Assembly (NCBI GenBank): GCA_024693345.1
Contig: JAILLB010000012.1
Location: 1 to 53,373, forward strand
Origin: Clostridiales bacterium
GTDB taxonomy: Bacteria > Bacillota > Clostridia > Oscillospirales > CAG-272
Length of the DNA stretch: 53,373 nucleotides
Direction: 5' to 3'
Numbering within the stretch: the stretch's first letter is position 1; each line of letters opens with the position of its first letter. Positions 8,211 through 19,225 of the stretch are shown in pieces. The notes below the pieces were generated by a model. That model saw only the letters and a program-made list of their open reading frames with translations. It was not told the origin of the DNA and did no database searches. Made by a program: the position numbers and the translations under genes.

Positions 8211-10205
8211 ATGAAGGTAATACGATTGTTGTGTGCACTTCTGTGTATAGTGTATTTATTGATGGCTTTTTGTTCCTGCGGAGCAAAAATACCGACATTT
8301 GACGACTTTGAAGACAATTATACAGACTCGCTTCCTGAAAAATCCGAAGACGGGTTGACACTTCACGCATTCAACTGGACTTACCGCGAGATAATTGAAA
8401 ATCTTGAGGGCATAAAAAATGCAGGATTTAAAAACATTCTCACAATGCCCGTTCAGCAGCCGAAAGGTGGAGGCGGTTCATGGTGGGCATTCTACCAGCC
8501 TCTCAGCATGAGTATCGGTGACAACTCGAGTCTCGGAACAAAAGAAGATCTCAAAGAATTGTGTGACAAAGCAGAAGAAATGGGCATTGCCATACTCGCC
8601 GACATTGTTGCCAATCACCTGGCAACCACAGATTCTGAAGACAAAGAACCTGACGGAACACCCACCGTATCTCCCACAGTCGAAGCTTACGAACCCGTTC
8701 TGTACAGAAACAGGAACGAAGACACCGACGGAAACGGAATTACGTTCCACCATAATAAAAAAGCAACCGGATCAGGAGCCGAAACACAGTATTACGCATT
8801 TGGAAACCTCCCTGATCTCAACACTGAAAACGCGTATGTTCAAAGCAGAGTACTGAGTCTGCTTGAAGAATGCATTGACGTCGGCATCGACGGATTCAGG
8901 TTTGATGCCGCAAAACACATAGAAACATCAAGCGACCCTGACAATCCTAGCAATTTCTGGGAGAACACTCTCGAGGTCGCAAAAGAATATTACAAAACGA
9001 AAACCGGAAAAGATCTCTATGTCTACGGAGAAATTCTCAATTCCCCGCTGGACAGAAATCTTTCATGCTATACACAATACATGAGGATAACCGATGATGG
9101 TTTTGCTGCTCAGTTCAAAAGTGCGTTTGCCACAAAGAACCCTTCCCTCATATTGAACGCATCCCTGAAAACAGGAGATGCAACCGAACTGATTGCATGG
9201 GTGGAGAGCCACGACGAATATGTGACGACAAACAGCCATTATACCGATGTAAGAGTAGCAAAGCTTTGGTCAGTAATAGCAGCCAAAACAGGTCTAGGCG
9301 GATTATATCTTGCAAGACCCACTGCAGACCTTACAGTTGGACAAATCGGTTCTTATGCATTTGAAAGCGAATACGTCGCAGTATGCAATCGCTTTCACAA
9401 CAGATTCTATGACGCGAATTCTTATGAATCGGTCGACGGAGTCTACTATATTAATGAAAAAATAAAAGAGAGCGACCAGGGTGCCTTGATACTAAGTCTT
9501 GACACAGTTGACCCAAGCGTAACAGTAACCGTTGCCGTTCCTCACCTTGAGGACGGAAATTACTACGATGCGTTGACAGGACAGTTAATCGTCGTATCAG
9601 ACCATGTTGCATACGTCCAATTCGAGGTTAACGGCATGGCCATTCTCACAAGAACACGCCAGCCTCATCCGCAGCTGGACATCTCAGACCGTGATTGCTC
9701 ATTCGTTGAAGACAAACAGATAACAATCAATGTAAAGAATGCCGAAGAAGCATATTACTGGTTCGGCGACAATGAAAGTGCAAAACAGGCAATCAATTCC
9801 AAGGCAGTTGTTTCCCTGAAAGACCATGTTGAAAACGGCGTATGCAAACTTCACATTTATCTCAAAAACGGAAACAACATTTATGAACGCACATTTACTT
9901 ATACAATAGTTGAGCTCATCGGAGACAAGTTCAACGTAATCAATCTGGATAATCGCTATTTAAACGGCGACTATGAGGTATATATCTGGAGCTGGGAGCC
10001 CGGACGCTGGAGCAAGAATTACACAATTGAAAACGGTGTCATGCTTGTTGACACAACCGGAATGAAGGGATTCCTCATTGCAGTATTTGAAAAAGGATAT
10101 GTAATTGAAAATCCCAACAAGTGGGATTCAGGCGTAATAAAACAGAGTTCGGATATTATCATAGCAACCAATACGTCCGGATTTGTAGACATGACCGGAT
10201 TTTAA
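8211..10205 (+). CDS. Lipoprotein alpha-amylase (GH13, AmyE-like) with a C-terminal starch-binding-like domain
   Basis: Lipobox FCSC; LHAFNW, YQP, GFRFDAAKH, YGEIL and WVESHD GH13 motifs; YIWSW CBM26-like motif. Start placed at ATG 8211 after GGAG. Confidence 0.85.
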   Translation: MKVIRLLCALLCIVYLLMAFCSCGAKIPTFDDFEDNYTDSLPEKSEDGLTLHAFNWTYREIIENLEGIKNAGFKNILTMPVQQPKGGGGSWWAFYQPLSMSIGDNSSLGTKEDLKELCDKAEEMGIAILADIVANHLATTDSEDKEPDGTPTVSPTVEAYEPVLYRNRNEDTDGNGITFHHNKKATGSGAETQYYAFGNLPDLNTENAYVQSRVLSLLEECIDVGIDGFRFDAAKHIETSSDPDNPSNFWENTLEVAKEYYKTKTGKDLYVYGEILNSPLDRNLSCYTQYMRITDDGFAAQFKSAFATKNPSLILNASLKTGDATELIAWVESHDEYVTTNSHYTDVRVAKLWSVIAAKTGLGGLYLARPTADLTVGQIGSYAFESEYVAVCNRFHNRFYDANSYESVDGVYYINEKIKESDQGALILSLDTVDPSVTVTVAVPHLEDGNYYDALTGQLIVVSDHVAYVQFEVNGMAILTRTRQPHPQLDISDRDCSFVEDKQITINVKNAEEAYYWFGDNESAKQAINSKAVVSLKDHVENGVCKLHIYLKNGNNIYERTFTYTIVELIGDKFNVINLDNRYLNGDYEVYIWSWEPGRWSKNYTIENGVMLVDTTGMKGFLIAVFEKGYVIENPNKWDSGVIKQSSDIIIATNTSGFVDMTGF

Positions 10206-10220
10206 TCGGAGGAGAGTTTC

Positions 10221-12992
10221 ATGAGAAACAGTTTTAAACTAATAATCGCTATATTGCTGCTTGTTGCATTGTCGATTTCATTTATCGGATGCGGCGCGAC
10301 AAGTCAAGAAGAAGGACCTGACGATGTACCGATTCAGCTTGTAAAAGCAGGAGATGTAATTGATAAATATAAATTCGACAGCACAGATTATTCTTCTCTG
10401 CCTGAATCAAAGACAACAACTGTAAGGCTTCACTACAGAAGAAATGATGACAGCAACAACGACCGCAGCTCATATCAGGCCTGGAACGTCTGGGCATGGG
10501 ATATGACAAACGGCGGAAATGGTGCAGCATATGACTTCACGGGTTATGACGATTACGGAGTATATGTAGACCTCAAACTTGACGTAATATCTGACGGAAA
10601 AGAAATCAGTTTGCTAGGATTCATTGTCCGCACGGATAACTGGTCAAAAGACCCCGACGGAGACCGTTCAATAGAAATCGCAGAAACCACTCCGGGCGGA
10701 ATTCAGAACGTATATGTAAGAACCGGAGAGTCCACAATTTTTGACACTCAGGACAATGCGTGCAAGTCCATTGTAAGCTATGCAATGCTTAAATCGTCCA
10801 AAAGAATCAGCGTGTATTTCAAGCCGTTGTCAAACGAATTCAAGGCATATGCCCCAAGATTTTATGTGACTGTCAATGGTGAAGACTATACGAAGTTCAC
10901 ATTGGACCAGTATGACTCTTCCCTGAAAAAGGTTGATCTTATCCTTTCAGACGATATAGACATCTCTGATGTTGTTACAGTCAGTTACCGATTTGACCCG
11001 ACATGGATAAACAAGGTTTCTCTTATGTTTACAAATTACTACGACACAGAAGAATTTGATCAGAAATATTCCTACACCGGAACCGATTTAGGTGTGTCCT
11101 TTGACGATGAAACAAATGTTACAAAGACAACATTCAAGGTCTGGGCACCGACAAGTACTAAAATGGTACTGAACCTTTACAACACCGGTGACTACATGAC
11201 AGAAAAAACTCCGTATGCCACATTTGACATGACAAAAGGAGAAAAAGGTGTATTCTCATACACTGCAAACGAAGATCTTGACGGAAAGTATTACACTTAC
11301 ACTGTAACAAACTCAAAAGGAACAAACGAAGTTGTCGACCCATATGCAAAGAGTGCCGGTGTAAACGGCAGACGAGGAATGGTTGTCAATTTCACCAAAC
11401 TCAATGCATCTATAGAAGGATGGAGTTCTGACACTAGACCGTTTGCAGGAAACAACACAGATGCTGTCATATACGAGATTCATGTCAGAGACATGACAAT
11501 CAGCGAAACAAGCGGAGTATCCGAAAACAACAGAGGCAGATTCTTAGGCTTGGCTGAAACCGGAACAACATATACAGAAGATGGTGTTGTTGTATCTACA
11601 GGCCTTGATCACTTAAAAGAACTCGGAATCACACATGTACAGATTCAGCCGTTCTACGATTACGCGACAGTTGATGAAACAACTTCTGACACAAAAATGT
11701 CGGAAACAAATTACAACTGGGGATATGATCCTTTGAACTATAACGTTCTTGAAGGCAGCTACTCAACTGATCCTTATGACGGATATACAAGAATCAAAGA
11801 GTTTAAAACCATGGTTATGGCAATGCACCAGGCCGGCATTTCAATCAACATGGATGTTGTGTATAACCACACAGGACCTTCAGAAAACTCAAACCTCAAT
11901 CTGCTTGTTCCCTATTACTACTACCGCACAAAGGCGAACGGAACATTCTACAATGGTTCAGGATGCGGAAACGAACTGGCTTCCGAACGCTTCATGGTCA
12001 ACAAATTTGTCAGAGAGTCATGCAAGTTCTGGACAGAAGAATACCACCTGTCAGGATTCAGATTCGACTTGATGGGACTCATTGACAATCAGACAATGAT
12101 AGACATTTACAAAGATTGTTCCGCAATATATTCAAATGTAATGGTATACGGCGAACCATGGGCAGGCGGAACAACAAAACTTAAATCAGGCACAAGCGCA
12201 CAGAACCTGACTGAACAGATGACCGTTCAGGAATCAGTCGCACAGGATTATTTCTCCGGAAGCGGCGTTCTGGTCGGTGCATTCAATGATGTTATTAGAA
12301 ACGCAATCCGCGGCGACAACAGTCCCGGCAAAGGCTATGTTCAGGGAGACTCAATGAACGCTTCAATCATTGCAATGTGTCTTGAAGGAAGATTCTCCAA
12401 AGGAACAATAAAAGCGCGTGATATAGATCCGAATCTCGTAATCAACTATGCTTCATGCCACGACAACTACACATTGTACGATCAGCTTGTTCAGACAATA
12501 AACGGAAGCACTCTGAAAGTGGCATATACTCAGGCCGAAGCACTTGTTCTCTTCTCTGAAGGTGTTCCTTTCATTCAGGAAGGCGAAGACTTCATGCGCA
12601 GCAAATACAATGCAACCACCGGCAAGTATGACGGAAACTCATATATTTCCGGCGACTATGTAAACGCAATGGATTACTCCTTGAAAGTAAAGAATCACGA
12701 CCTGTTTGAAAAGGTTAAAGAACTAATTGCAGTCAGAAAAGCTGAAAGCGCACTTAGACTTGCTTCCAGAAGTGAAATAAGCGAAAAACTCAAAGATGTC
12801 TCCTTCGCAGGTGGTGTTATCAGCTACTCAGTTGATGATGTAATTGTCATCCACACCATAAATGAAACAACGTTCAAACTTGACGGAACATATGAAATTG
12901 TTTATTCCAACATTCGCGATGTATACGGAACTATAGATTCAGAAATCACCCTTTCAGCAAACGAATCCGTACTTATCAAAAAGGTTGGCTGA
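10221..12992 (+). CDS. pulA: Lipoprotein type I pullulanase (CBM41, CBM48, GH13)
   Basis: Lipobox FIGC; N-terminal CBM41-like VRLHYRR...WNVWAW...GFIVR; FKVWAPT; YNWGYDP signature; GFRFDLMG, YGEPW, CHDN. Confidence 0.92.
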   Translation: MRNSFKLIIAILLLVALSISFIGCGATSQEEGPDDVPIQLVKAGDVIDKYKFDSTDYSSLPESKTTTVRLHYRRNDDSNNDRSSYQAWNVWAWDMTNGGNGAAYDFTGYDDYGVYVDLKLDVISDGKEISLLGFIVRTDNWSKDPDGDRSIEIAETTPGGIQNVYVRTGESTIFDTQDNACKSIVSYAMLKSSKRISVYFKPLSNEFKAYAPRFYVTVNGEDYTKFTLDQYDSSLKKVDLILSDDIDISDVVTVSYRFDPTWINKVSLMFTNYYDTEEFDQKYSYTGTDLGVSFDDETNVTKTTFKVWAPTSTKMVLNLYNTGDYMTEKTPYATFDMTKGEKGVFSYTANEDLDGKYYTYTVTNSKGTNEVVDPYAKSAGVNGRRGMVVNFTKLNASIEGWSSDTRPFAGNNTDAVIYEIHVRDMTISETSGVSENNRGRFLGLAETGTTYTEDGVVVSTGLDHLKELGITHVQIQPFYDYATVDETTSDTKMSETNYNWGYDPLNYNVLEGSYSTDPYDGYTRIKEFKTMVMAMHQAGISINMDVVYNHTGPSENSNLNLLVPYYYYRTKANGTFYNGSGCGNELASERFMVNKFVRESCKFWTEEYHLSGFRFDLMGLIDNQTMIDIYKDCSAIYSNVMVYGEPWAGGTTKLKSGTSAQNLTEQMTVQESVAQDYFSGSGVLVGAFNDVIRNAIRGDNSPGKGYVQGDSMNASIIAMCLEGRFSKGTIKARDIDPNLVINYASCHDNYTLYDQLVQTINGSTLKVAYTQAEALVLFSEGVPFIQEGEDFMRSKYNATTGKYDGNSYISGDYVNAMDYSLKVKNHDLFEKVKELIAVRKAESALRLASRSEISEKLKDVSFAGGVISYSVDDVIVIHTINETTFKLDGTYEIVYSNIRDVYGTIDSEITLSANESVLIKKVG

Positions 12993-13407
12993 TATGTTTA
13001 AAAAAGGACAGATCAGCACTGAAGTGGACAAAGGACCATTTCTGTTTTCACTTATCGCTTTTGTCGGAGGCACAGCAACAGCAGTACTCCTGTTTGTTCT
13101 GGGAAACGGCGATGCACTGGCAATATTTGCCGGAATCATGATTTCCGTTGTAGCAGTTGTGTCAGGCGCCATACTGTTTGCAGTTCTCACGGACAAAGCA
13201 TATATAGACAATGGTATCCTTTATATGTCCTACCTCTTTAAAAGACGTTCCATCCCTGTAAAGGAAATCGCAAAAATTGAACTTCGCAATGAAGTCTATT
13301 CCGTCTATAACAAAAGCGGAGCAATTGCGGGTACAATCAATGCAAAACTCACTTCGGTCGGCGACATAGTAATGGAGCTGGACAAAAGTGGCGTAAATTT
13401 CGTGTAA
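12985..13407 (+). CDS. Hypothetical membrane protein (2 TM plus a short bacterial PH-like soluble tail)
   Basis: Two hydrophobic segments followed by [17 protein letters not shown]. Overlaps or abuts the pulA stop (ATG at 12994 is also possible). Confidence 0.55.
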   Translation: MADMFKKGQISTEVDKGPFLFSLIAFVGGTATAVLLFVLGNGDALAIFAGIMISVVAVVSGAILFAVLTDKAYIDNGILYMSYLFKRRSIPVKEIAKIELRNEVYSVYNKSGAIAGTINAKLTSVGDIVMELDKSGVNFV

Positions 13408-13441
13408 AAAAATAAATTTTTATAAATGCCTGGAGGATAAT

Positions 13442-14599
13442 ATGGCAAATCTTAAGCTTTCCCATATTTGCAAGGTCTATGACAACGGACGTAAAGCCGT
13501 AAATGATTTATCAATAGACATAGCTGATAAAGAGTTTATTGTTTTTGTCGGACCATCCGGATGCGGAAAGTCAACTGCACTGAGAATGATTGCAGGACTT
13601 GAAACAATTACTTCCGGTGAACTGTACATAGGCGACACCCTTGTAAATGACATGGAACCAAAAGACCGCGATATAGCAATGGTATTCCAGAGTTATGCTC
13701 TATACCCTCATATGTCGGTATATGAGAATATGGCATTCGGGCTCCGAAATCGCAAAATGCCCGAAGAGGAAATTAAAGAACGGGTCATGAAAGCTGCCAA
13801 GATACTCGACATAGTCGACTACCTGGACAGCAAGCCGAAAGCAATGAGCGGCGGACAAAGACAGCGTGTCGCACTTGGACGTGCACTTGTTCGTAACCCG
13901 AAAGTATTCCTGCTCGATGAACCGCTTTCAAACCTGGACGCAAAGCTTCGTGCAACAATGCGTTCTGAAATTACAGCTCTTCACAAGAGTCTGGGTGCAA
14001 CATTCATTTATGTTACACACGACCAGGTTGAAGCCATGACAATGGGCACAAGAATAGTTGTCATGAAGAATGGTTTCGTTCAGCAGATTGATTCTCCTAT
14101 GAATCTGTATAACCATCCGCACAATAAATTTGTTGCAGGCTTTATCGGAACACCTCAGATGAACTTCTTTGATGTCACGATGAAGAAAGACGGAGACAAT
14201 GTTTCTGTTTCACTTTCAAATGGTGAAAGCATTTCTCTTCCCTGTGAAGTTGTATCTGAATTTGACAGCAGTTATGTTGACGGCGGTAAACCTGCTATTC
14301 TGGGCATACGTCCTGAACACATAGATATAGCCAAAGACGGCGAAGGATTCAAATTCATAGTCACCAACGTTGAACGCCTTGGAAATGAGACAATTGTTTA
14401 TGGTAAACTCGGCGATCATCTCGGCGAATTCACGGTAAAGGACGAAGGAAATGGCATTGTGGTCAAACTGATTGACGATGAAAGCGTCTCTGTCGGAGAT
14501 GTCGTCATGGCTAAACCAAGATTGCAGAAACTCCATTTCTTTGATGCTGAAACTGAAGTTAATCTCTTGAGCAAGGAATCACCGAACACTGATGAATAA
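13442..14599 (+). CDS. msmX: Sugar ABC transporter ATP-binding subunit (MalK/MsmX)
   Basis: GPSGCGKS Walker A, MSGGQRQR signature, [16 protein letters not shown]. Confidence 0.92.
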   Translation: MANLKLSHICKVYDNGRKAVNDLSIDIADKEFIVFVGPSGCGKSTALRMIAGLETITSGELYIGDTLVNDMEPKDRDIAMVFQSYALYPHMSVYENMAFGLRNRKMPEEEIKERVMKAAKILDIVDYLDSKPKAMSGGQRQRVALGRALVRNPKVFLLDEPLSNLDAKLRATMRSEITALHKSLGATFIYVTHDQVEAMTMGTRIVVMKNGFVQQIDSPMNLYNHPHNKFVAGFIGTPQMNFFDVTMKKDGDNVSVSLSNGESISLPCEVVSEFDSSYVDGGKPAILGIRPEHIDIAKDGEGFKFIVTNVERLGNETIVYGKLGDHLGEFTVKDEGNGIVVKLIDDESVSVGDVVMAKPRLQKLHFFDAETEVNLLSKESPNTDE

Positions 14600-15245
14600 T
14601 CCCTCTCAAGACGAAAGAGTCCGAATTGAGCCAAATTCAAAGCCCTATTTGTTCAAACGATTAATATCCGATGCTTTTGACATTCTTGTTGTATTTATTC
14701 TTTTCATGGTATTGTCTAATGTCTTGTTGTCGACGCCTCTGGCCAACACATACAATGAACACTATGACAATTACAAAGCAATAGAACGCAAGGTTGTTGA
14801 GCAATACGAAGACGACACAAAAGCAATAAGCGATGCATTGAATAATGATTCATACTACTTGGATGAACGTTTTGCTGCAAATCTTCACAGTTATCTTTTG
14901 AAGCTGTTTGCGGGATTCATTGCAGAAGCAGTTGTATTTCTCATTTTCCCTCTCATCTTTAAAACAAGAGGAACGCCGGGCAAACTGCTCATGAGAATAA
15001 TGCCGTTTTGTGAAAGAAAGCAGACAAGGGCTACGATACCTTCAATTATCGGAAAATTTGCATTTGTTTTCATTATAGACAGTGCTTTCCTGTATCTGTT
15101 CACCGGAATTTATACTTTTATTCTTGTTCCGGTCATCAGATTGGTTGAAATGCTGTTGAACAAGAAAAACAATACAATATGTGACGCTGTAAGCGGCGTT
15201 ACGATGATAGAACAATTATCCTATAACGGAATTTACAAATTTTAG
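14592..15245 (+). CDS. RDD family membrane protein
   Basis: KRLISDAFD at the N-terminus, [18 protein letters not shown]; overlaps the msmX stop. Confidence 0.65.
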   Translation: MNNPSQDERVRIEPNSKPYLFKRLISDAFDILVVFILFMVLSNVLLSTPLANTYNEHYDNYKAIERKVVEQYEDDTKAISDALNNDSYYLDERFAANLHSYLLKLFAGFIAEAVVFLIFPLIFKTRGTPGKLLMRIMPFCERKQTRATIPSIIGKFAFVFIIDSAFLYLFTGIYTFILVPVIRLVEMLLNKKNNTICDAVSGVTMIEQLSYNGIYKF

Positions 15246-15256
15246 GAGGAATAACT

Positions 15257-16684
15257 ATGAAAAAGGTTATTGCATCAATTTTAGTTTTGATTATGTTCGT
15301 AACAGTTCTTTCCAGCTGCGGAAGCTCAAGTGGCACAAACAATGTTATCCGCGTATGGGTTGGTGAAGAATCAGTAAGCTTCTACAAAGCTGTTTGCGAA
15401 GAGTATCTTGCTGCACACGAAGACTTTGGCTTCACAATCGATGTCAAGGGAATGGACACAGGTTCTATTGCAGGAACAATAGCAACCGACCCGAAAGCAG
15501 CTGCAGACATCTATACAGTCGCACATGACAATATCGGTAAACTTGCCGCTACTGAATGTGCAAAACCGATTGGTGATCAGTCACTTATTGATCAAGTACT
15601 TGCAGACAATCCGGAACCTTTCCAGAACGTTGTTTATTCAACTCTGAATGGACAGAAATATCTGTTTGCTGTTCCGTACATTTCACAGGCACTTTTCCTG
15701 TACTACAACAAAGCACTTGTTACAGAAGAACAGGCTGCTTCATTTGAAGGCTTAAGAGAAGCTGCAATCGCAGCAAATACAAAAGCTGTAACTGTTACAG
15801 GCGATGACGGATACAACATGTCATTCGCTCTCCTTGCAACAAAGGTATCAGACCACAGCACAACAGTTAAGATTTACGAAGGTGCCGAATCAGTTTCAGG
15901 CGGCACTAAGGGAACAAGCAACTGCCAGGGCGACGACACAATCGCAATTCTGAGATGGCTTCAGGACTATGCTGAAGATCCGAACGGATTCAAATGGGCA
16001 TCTCCGGATGGTTGGGACGCTGATCTTGACAAGAACAATAAAGGTGTTCTTGCAGTTATAGGCGGTGCTTGGCACTACAATACAGCAAAAGCAGCTCTTG
16101 GTGAAACAAACCTTGGAATAGCACTTATTCCTACACTGACACTTACTGCATCTTCAGTTGAAGGTCTTACAGGTGTATCAGCTGGTGACGTTTACAGAGG
16201 CGGTACATTTGCAGACTGCAAATGCTTCATGATTAATGCTAACTCTGCAAAAGAAAAATATGCTAAAGAGCAGGAATTGATTAAGTTCCTGTCCAGCAAG
16301 GAAATCCAGAATCGTTCTTTCCTTGAATGTCTGAATGTTCCTGCATATGTTGGTGCATCACAGTTTATTGAACAGTGCTACAATGAAGGAAAAGTTACTG
16401 AGAGCCAGTACAGCCTTGCTGCATATCAGGTAAGCATGGCTGAATGGGGTATTCCTCAGCCGTTCATCACAGGTACTCTCAACACATACTACTACTCAAA
16501 GAATGCTCCTGCAGTATTCCGTGCAATAATTGACAAGACAGCATACCCGACAACAGGTGATGTTATCATTCCGGAAACAAACACACTCGAAGGCATCCGC
16601 AAGGCTCTGTACCTCATTGAATATATCTGGATGCATGGATCAAATCCGAAATCATTCCCTGACACATTACCGGCTTCTGCATAA
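15257..16684 (+). CDS. Maltodextrin ABC transporter solute-binding lipoprotein (MalE-like)
   Basis: Lipobox LSSC; ADIYTVAHDNIG, ALFLYYNK, IGGAWH motifs; operon context. Confidence 0.85.
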   Translation: MKKVIASILVLIMFVTVLSSCGSSSGTNNVIRVWVGEESVSFYKAVCEEYLAAHEDFGFTIDVKGMDTGSIAGTIATDPKAAADIYTVAHDNIGKLAATECAKPIGDQSLIDQVLADNPEPFQNVVYSTLNGQKYLFAVPYISQALFLYYNKALVTEEQAASFEGLREAAIAANTKAVTVTGDDGYNMSFALLATKVSDHSTTVKIYEGAESVSGGTKGTSNCQGDDTIAILRWLQDYAEDPNGFKWASPDGWDADLDKNNKGVLAVIGGAWHYNTAKAALGETNLGIALIPTLTLTASSVEGLTGVSAGDVYRGGTFADCKCFMINANSAKEKYAKEQELIKFLSSKEIQNRSFLECLNVPAYVGASQFIEQCYNEGKVTESQYSLAAYQVSMAEWGIPQPFITGTLNTYYYSKNAPAVFRAIIDKTAYPTTGDVIIPETNTLEGIRKALYLIEYIWMHGSNPKSFPDTLPASA

Positions 16685-16730
16685 TCAAAGCGGATATAGT
16701 AACTCAATTGATTTTTAATTGGAGGATAAT

Positions 16731-18185
16731 ATGGGTAAGGAGAAAAAACTGTCCCATGATGCCAAAAGTACGACCTTCTTAGAAGATGTAAGGAATGCGT
16801 TTTCCACTTTTAAGAAAAGGCTTGTAGATGGTTCTATAGGCACGAAGTTGTCGCACTTAATATTTGGCGTGGGCAATTTACTTCATGGTCAGATTATCAA
16901 AGGCTTGTTATTCTTATCGCTTCAGGCGGGAATCCTGGCAATCATGATATTGTGTCCTACAATAAATGATACCCCATACGGGTGGAAGGCACTTGCCAAT
17001 CTGTCGCTTAAGAATGTCACGGTAGGCGGTGAGTTTGATCCTCTTACAGGAGAGATGACCATCGGATCCGACTGCAAGCTGATGATACTCTTTGGATTTG
17101 TTACCATAGCACTTATAGTAATCTATTTCCTGATATGGAATTTAAATATCAACTCTTCATACAAAGCAGACTTAGCTAAGAGAGCAGGCAAAAAGCCTAC
17201 CACGTTCAGAGAAGATTTGCGCGAATTGTTTGATGGCAAGTTTTACGTTCTTATGCTTACACCTACGTGTATTGCCGCAACAATTTTCACTATATTGCCA
17301 ACAATCTTCATGATTTCAATCGCTTTCACGACGTACAATCAGCAAGACATGAACGAACTCCACACCAATCTGTTTGGTTGGAACGGATTCCAGAACTTTG
17401 TGTCAGTATTTACGGGTGAAGGATCACTCGGTATGGAAATCAACAACCGATTCCTGCCTGTTCTTGGTTGGACATTCATCTGGGCTATTTTAGCTACACT
17501 GACCTGCTATTTCGGAGGCATTATACTTGCCCTCCTGATCAACAAGAAGGGCCTCAAGGGCAAAAAGATCTTCAGAACAATCTTCATTCTCACGATTGCT
17601 GTTCCGCAGTTCATTTCACTTCTGGCTGTTCGTAACATTCTCGGAGAATACGGACCGATTAACACATTGCTGTTGAACTGGGGCTGGATAACGGAACCGA
17701 TAGGATTCTTGGGACTGAAACCCGGAGACAGTGAACTACTGGCTAAGGTGATGGTCATAGTCATTAACATGTGGGTGGGTATTCCCTACACCATGCTGAT
17801 GACATCGGGTATCTTAATGAACATACCTACTGACCTCTATGAGGCGGCAAGAGTTGACGGAGCGTCGACCACAAAGATGTTCTTCAAGATTACGTTGCCA
17901 TACGTAGTATTTGTCACCACTCCGTATCTGATATCAAGCTTTGTAGGCAACATCAACTCGTTCAACTCCATTTACCTGTTGACGGGCGGTGGACCGACGT
18001 ATACAGGATATCAGGCAGGCGGAACCGATCTTCTGGTTACATGGCTTTACAAGGTTACGATTGATCAGGGTTCGTATAATACGGGTGCCGTCATAGGCAT
18101 ATTCACGTTCATTATAACAGCAACAATCACCCTCATAACCTACAGACGAAGCAAAGCATATAATGAGGAGGATACTTTCCAATGA
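16731..18185 (+). CDS. Sugar ABC transporter permease (MalF-like)
   Basis: Multiple TM segments; WVGIPYTMLM, DLYEAARVDGA (EAA loop), GGTDLLVTWLY. Start at ATG 16731 after GGAGG. Confidence 0.9.
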   Translation: MGKEKKLSHDAKSTTFLEDVRNAFSTFKKRLVDGSIGTKLSHLIFGVGNLLHGQIIKGLLFLSLQAGILAIMILCPTINDTPYGWKALANLSLKNVTVGGEFDPLTGEMTIGSDCKLMILFGFVTIALIVIYFLIWNLNINSSYKADLAKRAGKKPTTFREDLRELFDGKFYVLMLTPTCIAATIFTILPTIFMISIAFTTYNQQDMNELHTNLFGWNGFQNFVSVFTGEGSLGMEINNRFLPVLGWTFIWAILATLTCYFGGIILALLINKKGLKGKKIFRTIFILTIAVPQFISLLAVRNILGEYGPINTLLLNWGWITEPIGFLGLKPGDSELLAKVMVIVINMWVGIPYTMLMTSGILMNIPTDLYEAARVDGASTTKMFFKITLPYVVFVTTPYLISSFVGNINSFNSIYLLTGGGPTYTGYQAGGTDLLVTWLYKVTIDQGSYNTGAVIGIFTFIITATITLITYRRSKAYNEEDTFQ

Positions 18186-19114
18186 AAGATAATGTTAAAG
18201 TTAAAAAGTTCAAAAGCCAGACAGCTAACAGGCGTATTGGTCTGGGTGTAACTTACACCATGCTGATTGTCGGCGGAATAGTTTGGCTGATCCCTCTTAT
18301 TTGGATATTCCTCTCAGCTTTCCGCTGCGAATACCAGGACGGAACGTTTATCGGTCGTGTAACCAGTAACTTCTTCCCTAATGCAGTAGGTTTCGAGAAT
18401 TTCAGACTTCTGTTCACATCTACTTATTACGGTGTTGAAGGAGCATTCCTGAAATGGATGGGCAACACTCTTTTGATAGCAGCTATTGACTGTGTCATTT
18501 CAACTCTGCTTGTATTGTCCGTTGCATACTGCATGTCAAAGCTCAGATTCAAACTGAGAAGAGCGTTTATGAACATGTCCATGATTATCGGACTGTTCCC
18601 AGGCTTCATGAGCATGATAGCCATCTACTTCCTGCTTAAATCCATAGGACTTACCGGAAACCCTGCACACCCGGAATACTCGGTAATCGGCCTTATATTC
18701 GCGTACAGCGCAGGAGCTGGACTCGGGTTCCAGGTGGCCAAAGGCTTCTTTGATGTCATCCCGAATGCACTGGTCGAATCGGCAAAACTAGACGGATGTT
18801 CTAACTCAAAGATTTTCTGGAGAATCATCCTTCCGCTCTCAAAACCGATTATCATATATCAGGCATTGATGAGCTTTACCGGACCTTGGATGGACTTCAT
18901 TTTTGCAAAGGTCATCATAGGAGCAGATAACGCTCAATACTGGACTGTATCGGTTGGACTTTACTCGATGCTGTTCGGAACACATCCGGATACCAACCTG
19001 TTCACACAATTTGCTGCAGGATGCGTAATAGTGGCAATACCTATCGTTTCATTGTTCATGTTCTTGCAGAAGTATTATGTTGAAGGTGTTACAGCTGGCG
19101 CTGTAAAGGGTTAA
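18182..19114 (+). CDS. Sugar ABC transporter permease (MalG-like)
   Basis: ALVESAKLDGC EAA loop, WTVSVGL, QKYYVEGVTAGAVKG. Confidence 0.9.
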   Translation: MKDNVKVKKFKSQTANRRIGLGVTYTMLIVGGIVWLIPLIWIFLSAFRCEYQDGTFIGRVTSNFFPNAVGFENFRLLFTSTYYGVEGAFLKWMGNTLLIAAIDCVISTLLVLSVAYCMSKLRFKLRRAFMNMSMIIGLFPGFMSMIAIYFLLKSIGLTGNPAHPEYSVIGLIFAYSAGAGLGFQVAKGFFDVIPNALVESAKLDGCSNSKIFWRIILPLSKPIIIYQALMSFTGPWMDFIFAKVIIGADNAQYWTVSVGLYSMLFGTHPDTNLFTQFAAGCVIVAIPIVSLFMFLQKYYVEGVTAGAVKG

Positions 19115-19147
19115 TCGACAATAATCGACACTGAATAGTCTATAATC

Positions 19148-19187
19148 AAAAAGCACTGAGCCATCATTATGGTTTCAGTGCTTTTTT
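19148..19187. terminator. Bidirectional intrinsic terminator ending the starch operon
   Basis: AAAAAGCACTGA...TCAGTGCTTTTTT inverted repeat between convergent genes. Confidence 0.85.
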
Positions 19188-19225
19188 GTATTTTTATGAA
19201 TACTTCTGAGTTAGGTCGCTTTTGT

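Noticed and set aside
16731-19114. Impression of different codon style in the permease genes, suggesting separate acquisition
   Set aside because: It cannot be quantified without computation and may simply reflect membrane-protein amino acid bias or expression level.
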